Part shown: one piece after another, positions 28,125 through 36,965 of the stretch
How positions within the stretch are numbered: position 1 is the stretch's first letter
How the letters are laid out: the number at the start of each line of letters is the position of its first letter
NCBI GenBank assembly: GCA_038870635.1
Contig: JAVZJR010000004.1
Span: 21,025 to 85,024 of the forward strand
Origin: Candidatus Bilamarchaeaceae archaeon
GTDB lineage: Archaea > Micrarchaeota > Micrarchaeia > Anstonellales > Bilamarchaeaceae
Length of the DNA stretch: 64,000 nt
Direction of reading: 5' to 3'
The notes under the pieces: generated by a model
The model's database searches: none
The model's input: only the letters and a program-made list of their open reading frames with translations
Told to the model about the DNA's origin: nothing
Position numbers and translations under genes: made by a program

Positions 28125-28673
28125 ATGTGGAAAGAGTTTAAAAAACAAAAATTAGCTGCTCTAAAAAAAGCAATTCACTTAGGGAAGGTAGATGAAGGGA
28201 TAATCCCATTGCTCAATGAGATTAACAAGTATGAAAACTTAGTAACGACTTCTTCATGCTTTGGGCGAATAGTACTTTTAGAATTCGATCTTAAAGAAAG
28301 AAAAGCTACTGCTGAATTTTATAGAAAATGGCACAGGGAAGTAAGCGTAGAAGAAGTAGAGGCTGCTGTTTCTGAATATAATAAAAAATTACCATTATGG
28401 TTTAAGGTTGAGCCGTTTATTCTTCATGTTTCTGCTGCAGACTACAAATCTGCGGAATGGTTTCTAAAAGTCGCAAGAGCCGCTGGTGTGAAGCGTGGTG
28501 GTATACAAGGCACTAATAAGGGAAAAGTAGCAATAGAAATCCAAGGAACAGTATGGATGTCCTTTCCAATTGATTGCGTCACGGCCAAATGGAAAGAAGT
28601 TGTGAACGTTGCTAATAAAATGGTGCAAATAAATTTTTTACAATTAAAAAAATTAGAAAAGCTTTTAAAATAA
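28125..28673 (+). CDS. taw3: tRNA wyosine-derivative methyltransferase Taw3/TYW3-like
   Basis: TTSSCFGRI motif, about 180 aa. Confidence 0.75.
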   Translation: MWKEFKKQKLAALKKAIHLGKVDEGIIPLLNEINKYENLVTTSSCFGRIVLLEFDLKERKATAEFYRKWHREVSVEEVEAAVSEYNKKLPLWFKVEPFILHVSAADYKSAEWFLKVARAAGVKRGGIQGTNKGKVAIEIQGTVWMSFPIDCVTAKWKEVVNVANKMVQINFLQLKKLEKLLK

Positions 28674-28705
28674 ACTAAACAAAAAGTTATTAATGGGGTT
28701 TTTGT

Positions 28706-29524
28706 ATGTTTAAGCAAAAAATAAAAAAAGAGCCACAACAACGTAGGGATATTGTTTTTAAAAAATTTGAGCCATTAATAGAATATAAATTAACAAAATT
28801 AGAACAAAGAATAGTTAAGATATTGCTTACTGCTGATGAACATCGCTGCCTAGACTTTTTGGAGGAAGTAATGAAAAAGGGCAAGGAAGAAGGCGCCCAG
28901 CTTGCCCTCAGTCTTGGCGATGGAGAGGTGACCTCAGCTAAATATGTAGAATTAGCAAAAAAGTTTGGTTTAGATGGTATAACTTTAGAGATGCTTTTTA
29001 AAAGATGTGTGGATGCTGATAATACAATAGATATAAAGAAGTTAGTTATGTATGGGGGCCTTTTACCTTTTCACTACTTTAGTGACAGTATTATATCTGC
29101 TGGTTGGTGGGGCGTGCAGGATTCGCAAGATTCGGTAGAAATTAAATTACCATACCGGCATTTGGATTATTTGTCAACTATACCGACATTGCTTCTTTTA
29201 AAAGGACATGATCATGCGGCATATGTGGGAAAATTGAAAGCAAAGACAACAAGAGAAGTTTTTAGGGGAAATGTAATTCCTCCTAAATTTTTGCTTGATA
29301 GAATTGGACCACTCGAGGATAAGAATAATAATATTGACTTTTTGTTTTATGTGTATGAATTTACCGAAATGCCTCCTCGTAGTTCATACCAAATCAATAT
29401 TAAAAAAAGCAAAGGCGGTATTTATGTAATTAATCCTGGTCCTCTTCTTTCTGACAAGCGATATGGTTTGTTGACTCTTGATGAATCTCAATACATAATA
29501 CAACTAAAATTTCTTCCCTCCTAA
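28706..29524 (+). CDS. Hypothetical protein, possibly a degenerate metallophosphoesterase fold
   Basis: Weak echoes of calcineurin-like motifs (TADEH, LGDGE, KGHDH, INPGP). The GNH motif was not found. Confidence 0.35.
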   Translation: MFKQKIKKEPQQRRDIVFKKFEPLIEYKLTKLEQRIVKILLTADEHRCLDFLEEVMKKGKEEGAQLALSLGDGEVTSAKYVELAKKFGLDGITLEMLFKRCVDADNTIDIKKLVMYGGLLPFHYFSDSIISAGWWGVQDSQDSVEIKLPYRHLDYLSTIPTLLLLKGHDHAAYVGKLKAKTTREVFRGNVIPPKFLLDRIGPLEDKNNNIDFLFYVYEFTEMPPRSSYQINIKKSKGGIYVINPGPLLSDKRYGLLTLDESQYIIQLKFLPS

Positions 29525-29643
29525 GCCCAAGAAGTATGTTTAAAACACCGATATATTTATATGTTTTACAGCTTAATATATAACGAGTAAAATAACTAAA
29601 ATCTTAAATCAAAATACTCAAAAAATATACCGAGGTGAAACAT

Positions 29644-29952
29644 ATGACAGAAGCAAATGAACAAAAAACCACAGCACCACAAAAAACAGACAATGTAATT
29701 TTTGTGGGCAAAAAGGGCGCGATGGGTTATGTACTCGCTGTTGTTACTCAGTTCAACAACGGCGCTAAGGAAGTGACAATAAAGGCAAGAGGAAAACTTA
29801 TCTCAAGAGCCGTTGATGTGGCAGAGATTGTAAGGCACAGATTTGTACCTGACTCGAAGATTGATAGAATAAACATCTCCACAGAGGAGCTTACATCAGA
29901 AGATGGGTCAAAGAGTAAAGTATCTGCTATAGAAATTGTATTGAAAAAATAA
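29644..29952 (+). CDS. albA: Chromatin protein Alba
   Basis: [47 protein letters not shown] follows the SD GAGGTGA. Confidence 0.9.
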   Translation: MTEANEQKTTAPQKTDNVIFVGKKGAMGYVLAVVTQFNNGAKEVTIKARGKLISRAVDVAEIVRHRFVPDSKIDRINISTEELTSEDGSKSKVSAIEIVLKK

Positions 29953-29990
29953 ATTTTTTTTCTTTTTCTTATTTTTTTTAAGTTGATTAA

Positions 29991-30605
29991 ATGAAAATAT
30001 TAGATCGTGATGGAATAATATCTGCTGCGATCTTGGGATTTTTGATAACTTATTTCGGAGGCTTTGATTATCTATTTTTTATGTTTCTTTTTCTTTTTTT
30101 AGGAGTTATTGTGACAAGATATGAGCAACAGGTAAAGAAAGATATGGGCCTTTACGAGCATGAGAGAGGGGTAGAAAATGTTCTATCGAATGGTTTAGGC
30201 CCAACTCTATTCGCTATTTTTTCACCGCAATTTGGTCCTATCCCTTTTTTGGCTTCTGTTGCAGCAGTTACTTCAGACACTTTCGCTTCAGAGATAGGCG
30301 TGCTTGGTAAGTCCGACCCGATATTCCTCGGAAATCTTAAAAAAGCAAAACCAGGCACAAATGGTGCTGTCAGTAGTCTGGGGACAGTTGCTTCTGCAGT
30401 TGGCGCAATGTTGATTGGTGCTTTTGGAATGTTTGTTTTTAACCTAAACGCTAAGCAAGCATTTTTTATTGGGTTGGCCGGTTTTATTGGTTCTCTTGTT
30501 GATACACTAGTCGGGATACTTGAGGAGCGCGGCATTGGAACAAAGGGTACTACGAATTTTATTTGCTCTATTACAGGTGGTTTTTTAGGTTTATTAATAA
30601 GATAA
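29991..30605 (+). CDS. DUF92/TMEM19-like membrane protein
   Basis: Polytopic and Gly-rich, with a TNGAVS motif and a C-terminal D..VG..E pattern. Confidence 0.65.
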   Translation: MKILDRDGIISAAILGFLITYFGGFDYLFFMFLFLFLGVIVTRYEQQVKKDMGLYEHERGVENVLSNGLGPTLFAIFSPQFGPIPFLASVAAVTSDTFASEIGVLGKSDPIFLGNLKKAKPGTNGAVSSLGTVASAVGAMLIGAFGMFVFNLNAKQAFFIGLAGFIGSLVDTLVGILEERGIGTKGTTNFICSITGGFLGLLIR

Positions 30606-30625
30606 TTCTCTTTTGGTGATTTTAT

Positions 30626-31327
30626 ATGAAGGCTATAGTTTTAGCTGGTGGCGAGGGAACTAGGCTAAGGCCTTATACTTATGAAACACCAAAACCAATG
30701 TTACCGATAGGGGAAGAAAAAAAACCTATTCTTTATTATGTTTTGTTAAACTTAAAGCGCGCAGGAATAAAGGATATAATAATAACGGTGGGTTATAAAC
30801 ATGAAAAAATTATAAAATATTTTGGTGATGGAAGTAAATTTGGTTTAAATATTTCTTACTCTATTGAGAAGGAGAAATTAAATACTGCTGGTTCTATTTT
30901 ACCTCTTAAAGATAAACTAAAAGAATCCTTTGTGGTGGTGATGGGCGACCACATAACAAACATAAACATTAAAGAACTGGTTGATAGCCACAAGAAAAGC
31001 AAGTGTATCTCTACTATTGCTTTGCTAAAGGGAAAGATACCTATAGAATATGGCGTGGCGGAAGTAAAAGATGGAAGGGTAGTTAAGTTTGAAGAAAAAC
31101 CAGCCATAGAAAAGCTTTATAACACCGCGATATATGTTTTTGAGCCCGAGATTTTCGATTATATTAAAGAAAAAGAAGATTTCGCTAAAAATGTTTTTCC
31201 GCGATTGCTTGAGAAAAAAATACCGATAAATGCATACATATTTGAAGGTCTTTGGTATGATATTGGCAGAGTGGTTGATTACGAGAAACTTAAAAAAGAA
31301 TTGAAGATGTCTGAGATTTTTAAATAA
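30626..31327 (+). CDS. Sugar-phosphate nucleotidyltransferase
   Basis: N-terminal KAIVLAGGEGTRLRPYT...PKPMLPI. Confidence 0.85.
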   Translation: MKAIVLAGGEGTRLRPYTYETPKPMLPIGEEKKPILYYVLLNLKRAGIKDIIITVGYKHEKIIKYFGDGSKFGLNISYSIEKEKLNTAGSILPLKDKLKESFVVVMGDHITNINIKELVDSHKKSKCISTIALLKGKIPIEYGVAEVKDGRVVKFEEKPAIEKLYNTAIYVFEPEIFDYIKEKEDFAKNVFPRLLEKKIPINAYIFEGLWYDIGRVVDYEKLKKELKMSEIFK

Positions 31328-32312
31328 TATTTCCAAAAACGCCGGCGTACACCAAAACGACAATTGCTATTAGGATTTCAAACGTAACTAAAACTCTAAC
31401 TAAATTTTGTTCGCTTATTCCGTTAAAAACTTTCATAATTAACTGGCAAAGGCCCCGTACTTTTCCTCCTACTGGGTAAAGTTTTCCATTTCTATATTCG
31501 CCCCACCATTCTTTGCTTGGGAACTTGTTTGCTAATTTTATAAAAAAATCAATTACATATGGAATAAGTAAAAGCGCGCCTATACTTTCCATATTTCCTA
31601 TTATTACACCCGCGGCAAGAGTTGCACCTATTGACAGATTCCCAACATCACCAGGAAATGCTTTGGATGGGTAACGGTTGAAGATGTAGAAAGCAAAAAG
31701 AGCACCCAAAAAGGATATAAACATAAAGAGAGAAACTGTTTTACCAGAAAATGCTGCGATTATAGAAGCCGTGGTAAAGATTACAATGCCCAAACTGCTT
31801 TCCAATCCATTAAAACCTCCGAGCATATTTGTAAGATTGGATGCAACTGCTATCCCTATAGGCACTAAAACTAAAAGATAGAAAATACCAAAATCAACAC
31901 TTCCAATGAGAGGGAGGGTTATCTCTGTGCTGCCTGCTGCTCTTAATGCTATTAGAGGAATTGCGGCGAACAAAGGAAGAAATGCTTTAACATATTGTGG
32001 TATATCAACTAAATCGTCTACTATCCCTATGAATGCTACTGAATGAACAACTATTAAACCAGCCAATAAATAAATGAGGTTTAATTCAAAATCAAAAAAA
32101 GTGTTGAGAATTATAGTGAGTAAAATCCCGGCCGTAAATCCAGCTATCATTGTTATACCGCCCATTTCTGCAACTTCTGGTTTAGCAGGTTTGTTTACGT
32201 CTTTTCCTACGATGCCGAATCTTTTAAGCCTCGGAATTAAAATACTCCCAAATCCAAATGTAGTAGCAAATGAAATTAATAAAACAAGTAGATATGCTAT
32301 TAAACCATCCAT
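31320..32312 (-). CDS. Glycosyltransferase family 4 (MraY/WecA/GPT-like phospho-sugar transferase)
   Basis: About 10 TM helices, with IVDDL.D and FPGDVG motifs. Confidence 0.8.
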   Translation of the reverse strand: MDGLIAYLLVLLISFATTFGFGSILIPRLKRFGIVGKDVNKPAKPEVAEMGGITMIAGFTAGILLTIILNTFFDFELNLIYLLAGLIVVHSVAFIGIVDDLVDIPQYVKAFLPLFAAIPLIALRAAGSTEITLPLIGSVDFGIFYLLVLVPIGIAVASNLTNMLGGFNGLESSLGIVIFTTASIIAAFSGKTVSLFMFISFLGALFAFYIFNRYPSKAFPGDVGNLSIGATLAAGVIIGNMESIGALLLIPYVIDFFIKLANKFPSKEWWGEYRNGKLYPVGGKVRGLCQLIMKVFNGISEQNLVRVLVTFEILIAIVVLVYAGVFGNII

Positions 32313-32313
32313 T

Positions 32314-33564
32314 TTATCTACCTCTTATTTTGTTTAAAATTTCCTTTGCAAAGTCCACGGAGAAATTTTTTTCTTCAGCCAATCTTTGCGCAACAGCGTC
32401 TATTTCTTCTGTTGTGTTGGCGCCTGCTAATACAGCAATATTTCTCGCATGGAGCTTCATGTGGCCTGCTTGTATCCCTACTGTTGAAAGGGCGTATAGG
32501 GCTGCAAAATTGTTTGCCAAACCAACACAAGCCATTGTCATTGCTAGTTCTCTTGCACTTTTTATTCCTAAAATTTTCAAAGCGATACGCGCTGTTGGAT
32601 TGGTATTTATTGCACCACCAAAAATACCAACCGCTAAAGGTAGCTCTATTGTGCCTTTTAGGTGGCCCTCTGGCGTTTTTTCAAATTTAGTTAATGGATG
32701 GTATCCTCCGATAGATGCAAACGCATGCGCGCCTGCTTCTATCGCTCTCCAATCTTGCCCACAAGCAAGCGCTACTGCATCTATTCCATTCATTATTCCT
32801 TTATTGTGCGTTGCGCACCTGTAAATGTCCACTACTGCTAATTCATAACCATCTAATATAGCTTCTATCGCTTCTTCGCCGATGACTTCTTTTTTCCAAA
32901 TTGCACTTGCTCTAACCTTTCGCTTTACCGCAAGATTACTCAATATTCTAAGTCTTGCTTTTCCTTTACTGTAGTTTTCTAGCGTTGGCGCTATTCCTTC
33001 TAATATTGTGTTAATTGTGTTAGCACCCATAACATCTTTTACATCAATGTAAAAATAACAAACAAGCATTTCTCCCCGGCTAGTCCTTATTTTTTTTACT
33101 TCAAAATCTTTTATACCGCCCCAATAAGCAGGATTACCTTTGTAGAGTGCTGTTGCAATTTTTATTATTTCATCTTTTTTATTTTCAAGTTCTTTTTTTG
33201 CCTTTGTCGCATTTTTAAGCTGTACTAATTGCACTTCACCTATCATGATAGACTCGTCTGCATCTGCGCTAAATCCTTCAGGTAATGCTAGTTTGGCGGC
33301 TTTGCATGCTCCAGCTACCACGGATGGTTCTTCTAATGCCATAGGTATTAAAACTTCCTTACCGTTTATCTTAAAATTTGTAGCGACTCCAAAAGGCAGA
33401 TGCATTACTCCAATCACATTTTCTATCATTCTGTCAGCTATTTCGATTTCTAAGGCACCTGTTTTTTGTAATAATTCTATTTCATTTTCACTTAACTGTG
33501 TTTTTTCTTTTATTATTTTCACTCTTTCTTTTACTGTTAGCTTGTAAAAACCAGATAACTCCAT
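32314..33564 (-). CDS. hmgA: HMG-CoA reductase, class II-like
   Basis: ENVIG, EEPSVVA and DVMGAN motifs; N-terminus SGFYKL. Start placed at M25, 4 nt after the upstream stop. Confidence 0.9.
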   Translation of the reverse strand: MELSGFYKLTVKERVKIIKEKTQLSENEIELLQKTGALEIEIADRMIENVIGVMHLPFGVATNFKINGKEVLIPMALEEPSVVAGACKAAKLALPEGFSADADESIMIGEVQLVQLKNATKAKKELENKKDEIIKIATALYKGNPAYWGGIKDFEVKKIRTSRGEMLVCYFYIDVKDVMGANTINTILEGIAPTLENYSKGKARLRILSNLAVKRKVRASAIWKKEVIGEEAIEAILDGYELAVVDIYRCATHNKGIMNGIDAVALACGQDWRAIEAGAHAFASIGGYHPLTKFEKTPEGHLKGTIELPLAVGIFGGAINTNPTARIALKILGIKSARELAMTMACVGLANNFAALYALSTVGIQAGHMKLHARNIAVLAGANTTEEIDAVAQRLAEEKNFSVDFAKEILNKIRGR

Positions 33565-33568
33565 CCTA

Positions 33569-34015
33569 TCACTCTCTCGCAAGCCGCGCGCATACGCGTT
33601 CAATATTTTTAAAGATTTCACTACTTCTTTTTTCATATATTTTTTTGAATATTTCTGCTAAATTTTGAGTACTTTCATCCCCAAAAAAATATTCTCCTTT
33701 TTTACGATTTATTATACCATTTTCTTTTAATCTTTCAAGATGATAATAAATTGCTTTAATGTTCTTTTCTGTGGCACCACTCTTCATCATTTTGTCTATT
33801 ATATCTTTTGTTGTTGGTTTTTTGCCAGCAAAATGAAAATAAAGCAAAGTGTCAAGTAAATCTATGATGATTGTTCTACTCTCATTTGGGTTTATTAAAC
33901 CTAAAGAAAGTGCGAGCCATCTTACTATTGATTTTCTTGCTAGTAGAACTTCCTCGGGAAGAGCCAACTCCCTCAAAAGTATTTCTGACTTTATCAGTTT
34001 TGATTCTGGTATCAT
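33569..34015 (-). CDS. Putative winged-helix transcriptional regulator
   Basis: Contains IKAIYYHLERLKENGIINRKKG. ATG at 34015 preferred over the TTG at 34069. Confidence 0.5.
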   Translation of the reverse strand: MIPESKLIKSEILLRELALPEEVLLARKSIVRWLALSLGLINPNESRTIIIDLLDTLLYFHFAGKKPTTKDIIDKMMKSGATEKNIKAIYYHLERLKENGIINRKKGEYFFGDESTQNLAEIFKKIYEKRSSEIFKNIERVCARLARE

Positions 34016-34080
34016 GGGTATTTTTCGATGTAATGGCTTAAAAATGTAGTGCAATATGTGTTTAACCAAAAGGTGGTTTA

Positions 34081-34452
34081 ATGGTTGAACTTTCTGCGCG
34101 TGTGCACCCTGATGTGCTTTTTGCTTATTCGCAAAACTTTGTTAATTTAATAATACGTGTAGAGAATCATGACCCTTCTCTATTTTGGTGCGAAATAGAT
34201 ATTAAGGTTCCTGAAAGCCTTTCGCTAAGTCCAACAAGCGACTTACAAAAAGGAAGAGTAAGGGTTGGTATACTCACAAAAAAAGAATTTATAGAGAAAT
34301 TAGTTAAGATATTCGCTAATCAATATACTCCCCCACAAATCTACCCAATAATTATTACTCTTTATCTTTTTAATAAAGACGGAGTAATCGAAAGTAGGCT
34401 GGAAAAAAAAATAGAGATTAGATGTGAAGTAAAAAAAGAAGAAACACTATAG
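34081..34452 (+). CDS. Hypothetical protein
   Basis: 123-aa ORF. No family recognised. Confidence 0.4.
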   Translation: MVELSARVHPDVLFAYSQNFVNLIIRVENHDPSLFWCEIDIKVPESLSLSPTSDLQKGRVRVGILTKKEFIEKLVKIFANQYTPPQIYPIIITLYLFNKDGVIESRLEKKIEIRCEVKKEETL

Positions 34453-34454
34453 TT

Positions 34455-35246
34455 CTAATTCTTTTTAGGCTTTCTTACCTTTTTTTTTATTTTTTTCTCA
34501 ACGGCTGTTTTTTCCTCTTTTGCAGCACTTTCTTTTTTTGTTTCTTCAGGTTTTTGTTCAGGTTTTTGCTCTTCTTCTTTTTGAGTTATCTCCTCTTCTT
34601 TTATCGTTTGTTCTTTTTCTTTTTTCTCAATCTTGGTGTCATATTCTTCAAGTTTTTCAAAGAAGTTTATATCGTACTTAAATTCATTATATGATTTTAT
34701 TTTTCCTTGAGAAAGCATAACCTCTCGTGCTAGTATGTAAAATAACAATGCAAGCGACCTTCTTCCCTTATTGTTTATCGGTATAATTAAGTCTACAAAT
34801 TTTGTTTCGTTATCAGTGTCGCATAGTGCAATTATAGGAACACCATTTTTTGCAGATTCCATAATCGCTTCTCGTTCTCCTTTTGGGTCGCATACAAGTA
34901 TTAACTTTGGTTCTTGAAATTGCTTTGAGGAAAGGTTCGTGGTTGTGCCAGGAACAAATCGTCCTTGCAGTACGGGTATGCCTGTGAGTTTTGAGAATTT
35001 GCTTGCTGCATTACTTGAATAAACACGTGAAGCTACAATGAGTATGTCCGAAGGGGAGTATTTTGTTAGCAATTTCGCAGCAGCCATTATTCTCTCTGCA
35101 GTTTTTGTTAAATCTAATATATAGAGTCCATCATCTCTTTTCTTGAATATAAATTTCTTCATATCGTTTGTTTTTATCCTCGTTCCTATATGTACCCCTG
35201 CTTCCAAGAACATATCTTGGCTTACAGGCAAACCTGTTTTTTCCAT
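34455..35246 (-). CDS. rps2: Ribosomal protein S2 (uS2) with a K/E-rich C-terminal tail
   Basis: LEAGVHIGT...; SD GGGTGAT lies before the ATG at 35246. The longer track ORF would overlap tRNA-Pro. Confidence 0.9.
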   Translation of the reverse strand: MEKTGLPVSQDMFLEAGVHIGTRIKTNDMKKFIFKKRDDGLYILDLTKTAERIMAAAKLLTKYSPSDILIVASRVYSSNAASKFSKLTGIPVLQGRFVPGTTTNLSSKQFQEPKLILVCDPKGEREAIMESAKNGVPIIALCDTDNETKFVDLIIPINNKGRRSLALLFYILAREVMLSQGKIKSYNEFKYDINFFEKLEEYDTKIEKKEKEQTIKEEEITQKEEEQKPEQKPEETKKESAAKEEKTAVEKKIKKKVRKPKKN

Positions 35247-35283
35247 ATCCTTATCACCCTCAATGTTCCTTACATCAAAACAA

Positions 35284-35402
35284 TGGGGCCGCTGAGATTT
35301 ATTCCACCTCTTTATTGAGGCACCAAGCACCAAAAAAGAGGCGCTTGAACTCAGATAACAAGCACCCCAAGCTTGCAGGATACCAGGTTACCTCACGGCC
35401 CC
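35284..35402 (-). tRNA. tRNA-Pro(GGG) with a 46-nt intron in the T-loop
   Basis: Hand fold: acceptor GGGGCCG/CGGCCCC + A73, D arm AGGU-AACCUGGUA-UCCU, anticodon arm CAAGC-UUGGGGU-GCUUG, variable loop UUAU. T stem CUGAG/CUCAG encloses UUCAA[46 nt]AU. Confidence 0.8.
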
Positions 35403-35409
35403 TTAAACA

Positions 35410-35604
35410 TTACACCCGTGGATATTTTATTATTGTATCCACCACATCTACGTGAGTTAAGAACATTCTTCTGCAACAGTATCTGTTTATTCCTAATTCG
35501 TCCATTGCTATCTCTGGACCTTTTTCAGCAGCCAATTTTTTGTAGTCTGAATATAAATGACCAATTACACTTCCACAGGTAAAACATCTAACAGGAAATT
35601 CCAT
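35410..35604 (-). CDS. rpoN: RNA polymerase subunit N (Rpo10)
   Basis: MEFPVRCFTCG...YCCRRM. SD GGTGAT lies before the ATG at 35604. Confidence 0.88.
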   Translation of the reverse strand: MEFPVRCFTCGSVIGHLYSDYKKLAAEKGPEIAMDELGINRYCCRRMFLTHVDVVDTIIKYPRV

Positions 35605-35614
35605 TTTATCACCA

Positions 35615-36067
35615 TTATCTGTAGGATTTTTGGTATCTTGCTCTCGCTTTTGGTCCTTTGAATTTCTTTGGTTCCACTCTTCTTGAATCTTCAACTATCA
35701 AAGAGCGGTCGATTTCTTCGAATTTCTTTTTAAGTTCATTGCTGTTAAAATAGCCAACAAGTGCTTTTGCTATTGCTGTTCTTGCTGCTTGAGCTTGTCC
35801 CATCACTCCGCCGCCATAAACATTAACTGCTATGTCTATTGAATTTGCTTCTGGACCTAAATATTTCAAAGGTTCTGCTATAATTTCTTTTATATATTTA
35901 TTATTGAATGATTCCAGTAAGATATTATTCATTCTTATTTTACCACTCCCTGGTGTTACAACTGCGCGTGCAACACTTGTTTTTCTTTTTCCACGCGCTA
36001 AAAACGCTTTTTCTTTTTCTCTTTTTTTACTTTTCTTTTTAGTTTTTTTCTCAGTCATTATTATCAC
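35615..36067 (-). CDS. rps9: Ribosomal protein S9 (uS9)
   Basis: GKRKTSVARA...GGG..GQA.A.R.AIA.AL...KSYR C-terminus. Confidence 0.9.
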   Translation of the reverse strand: MIIMTEKKTKKKSKKREKEKAFLARGKRKTSVARAVVTPGSGKIRMNNILLESFNNKYIKEIIAEPLKYLGPEANSIDIAVNVYGGGVMGQAQAARTAIAKALVGYFNSNELKKKFEEIDRSLIVEDSRRVEPKKFKGPKARARYQKSYR

Positions 36068-36480
36068 CCTTTATATCCTAATGATTTGCATAACTCCTCT
36101 ATTGTGATGTGTTTTGCGATTCCATCATACTTTTCAGATTCTATTTGATTAGTGGCTGTAAGATTTTTAGGATTACCGCTATAAAATATTATTCTTTTAT
36201 ACGCTTCTTTTCCTCTTTTTGTTTTCCAAGGTAGCATTCCTCTTATCATTCTTTTAACAAGGAGATGTGGTACTCTTGGCCATTTTGCTGCGTGTTCAGG
36301 GTTAGCTTTATTTACTTGTCGTCTTCTTTTGAGGAATTTTTCAACTATTGATTTCTGATTTCCTATTATAACAAACTTTTCTGCGTTTATTACATGAATT
36401 TCTTCGCCAGAAAGTGCTTTTTTTGCTATTTTTGTCGCTATTCTTCCGAAAATATAATCTGTCGCGTCTATGACAATCAT
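36064..36480 (-). CDS. rpl13: Ribosomal protein L13 (uL13)
   Basis: IDA....GR.A..IAK.AL.GE; MLP.KT.RG. Confidence 0.9.
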   Translation of the reverse strand: MIVIDATDYIFGRIATKIAKKALSGEEIHVINAEKFVIIGNQKSIVEKFLKRRRQVNKANPEHAAKWPRVPHLLVKRMIRGMLPWKTKRGKEAYKRIIFYSGNPKNLTATNQIESEKYDGIAKHITIEELCKSLGYKG

Positions 36481-36488
36481 ACAACCAC

Positions 36489-36860
36489 CTAAACTATTAA
36501 TAAAATATCTTTTCCAGCAGGATTGATTTTGTATAATGACTCTATTGACATCGTTTTTCCACCTGCCGCTTCTATGGCTTTTTTTGCGCTTTCGCTGAAT
36601 GCAAATGCGGCCACAGTTAATTCTCTGGTTATCCTGCCGGCCCCAAGAACTTTTCCAGGCACTATGACGTTTTTACCTGATTCGCAATATTTTTCTAGTT
36701 TACTTATATTTACTTCTACTCTTTTTCTTCTTGGCTTTGATAGCTCATATGCTACCTTTTGCCATATTGGTTTTTTTTCTTTCCTTAAATTTTCAATCAA
36801 AGAAATCAAGAATGGATTTTCCTTTCTTGACTTAACCTTTTCTATGTCTGCTTTTTTCAT
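36489..36860 (-). CDS. rpl18e: Ribosomal protein L18e (eL18)
   Basis: Conserved position upstream of L13. Shows ...PRR.R..VN.SK......VVVPGKVLG.G. Confidence 0.85.
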   Translation of the reverse strand: MKKADIEKVKSRKENPFLISLIENLRKEKKPIWQKVAYELSKPRRKRVEVNISKLEKYCESGKNVIVPGKVLGAGRITRELTVAAFAFSESAKKAIEAAGGKTMSIESLYKINPAGKDILLIV

Positions 36861-36965
36861 AAAATCACCGGCTCGCGCGGATTTTTTAATCCGACTAAAA
36901 CGCCGTTAGTAGAATTTATCTTAGAAAGTTTTTTAAATGTGCCCACAGGCTATTATTTGGTATTT

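Noticed and set aside
32270-32824. Long antisense ORFs inside conserved genes (for example 32270-32824, 37130-37753, 59893-60585, 50204-50716, 22005-22400, 46782-47153, 63557-63922)
   Set aside because: These are shadow ORFs opposite strongly supported genes. They have low-complexity or biased composition and no recognisable motifs.
34455-34640. Short tandem repeat caggtttttg(t/c)tc x2 and the K/E-rich tails of S2, L24 and the 242-aa secreted protein
   Set aside because: These are low-complexity lysine/glutamate-rich extensions, common in AT-rich small genomes. There is no evidence of a separate element.
35247-35333. N-terminal extension of rps2 in the ORF track
   Set aside because: The extension runs through the tRNA-Pro gene. 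The ATG at 35246 is preceded by the SD GGGTGAT and gives the conserved S2 N-terminus.
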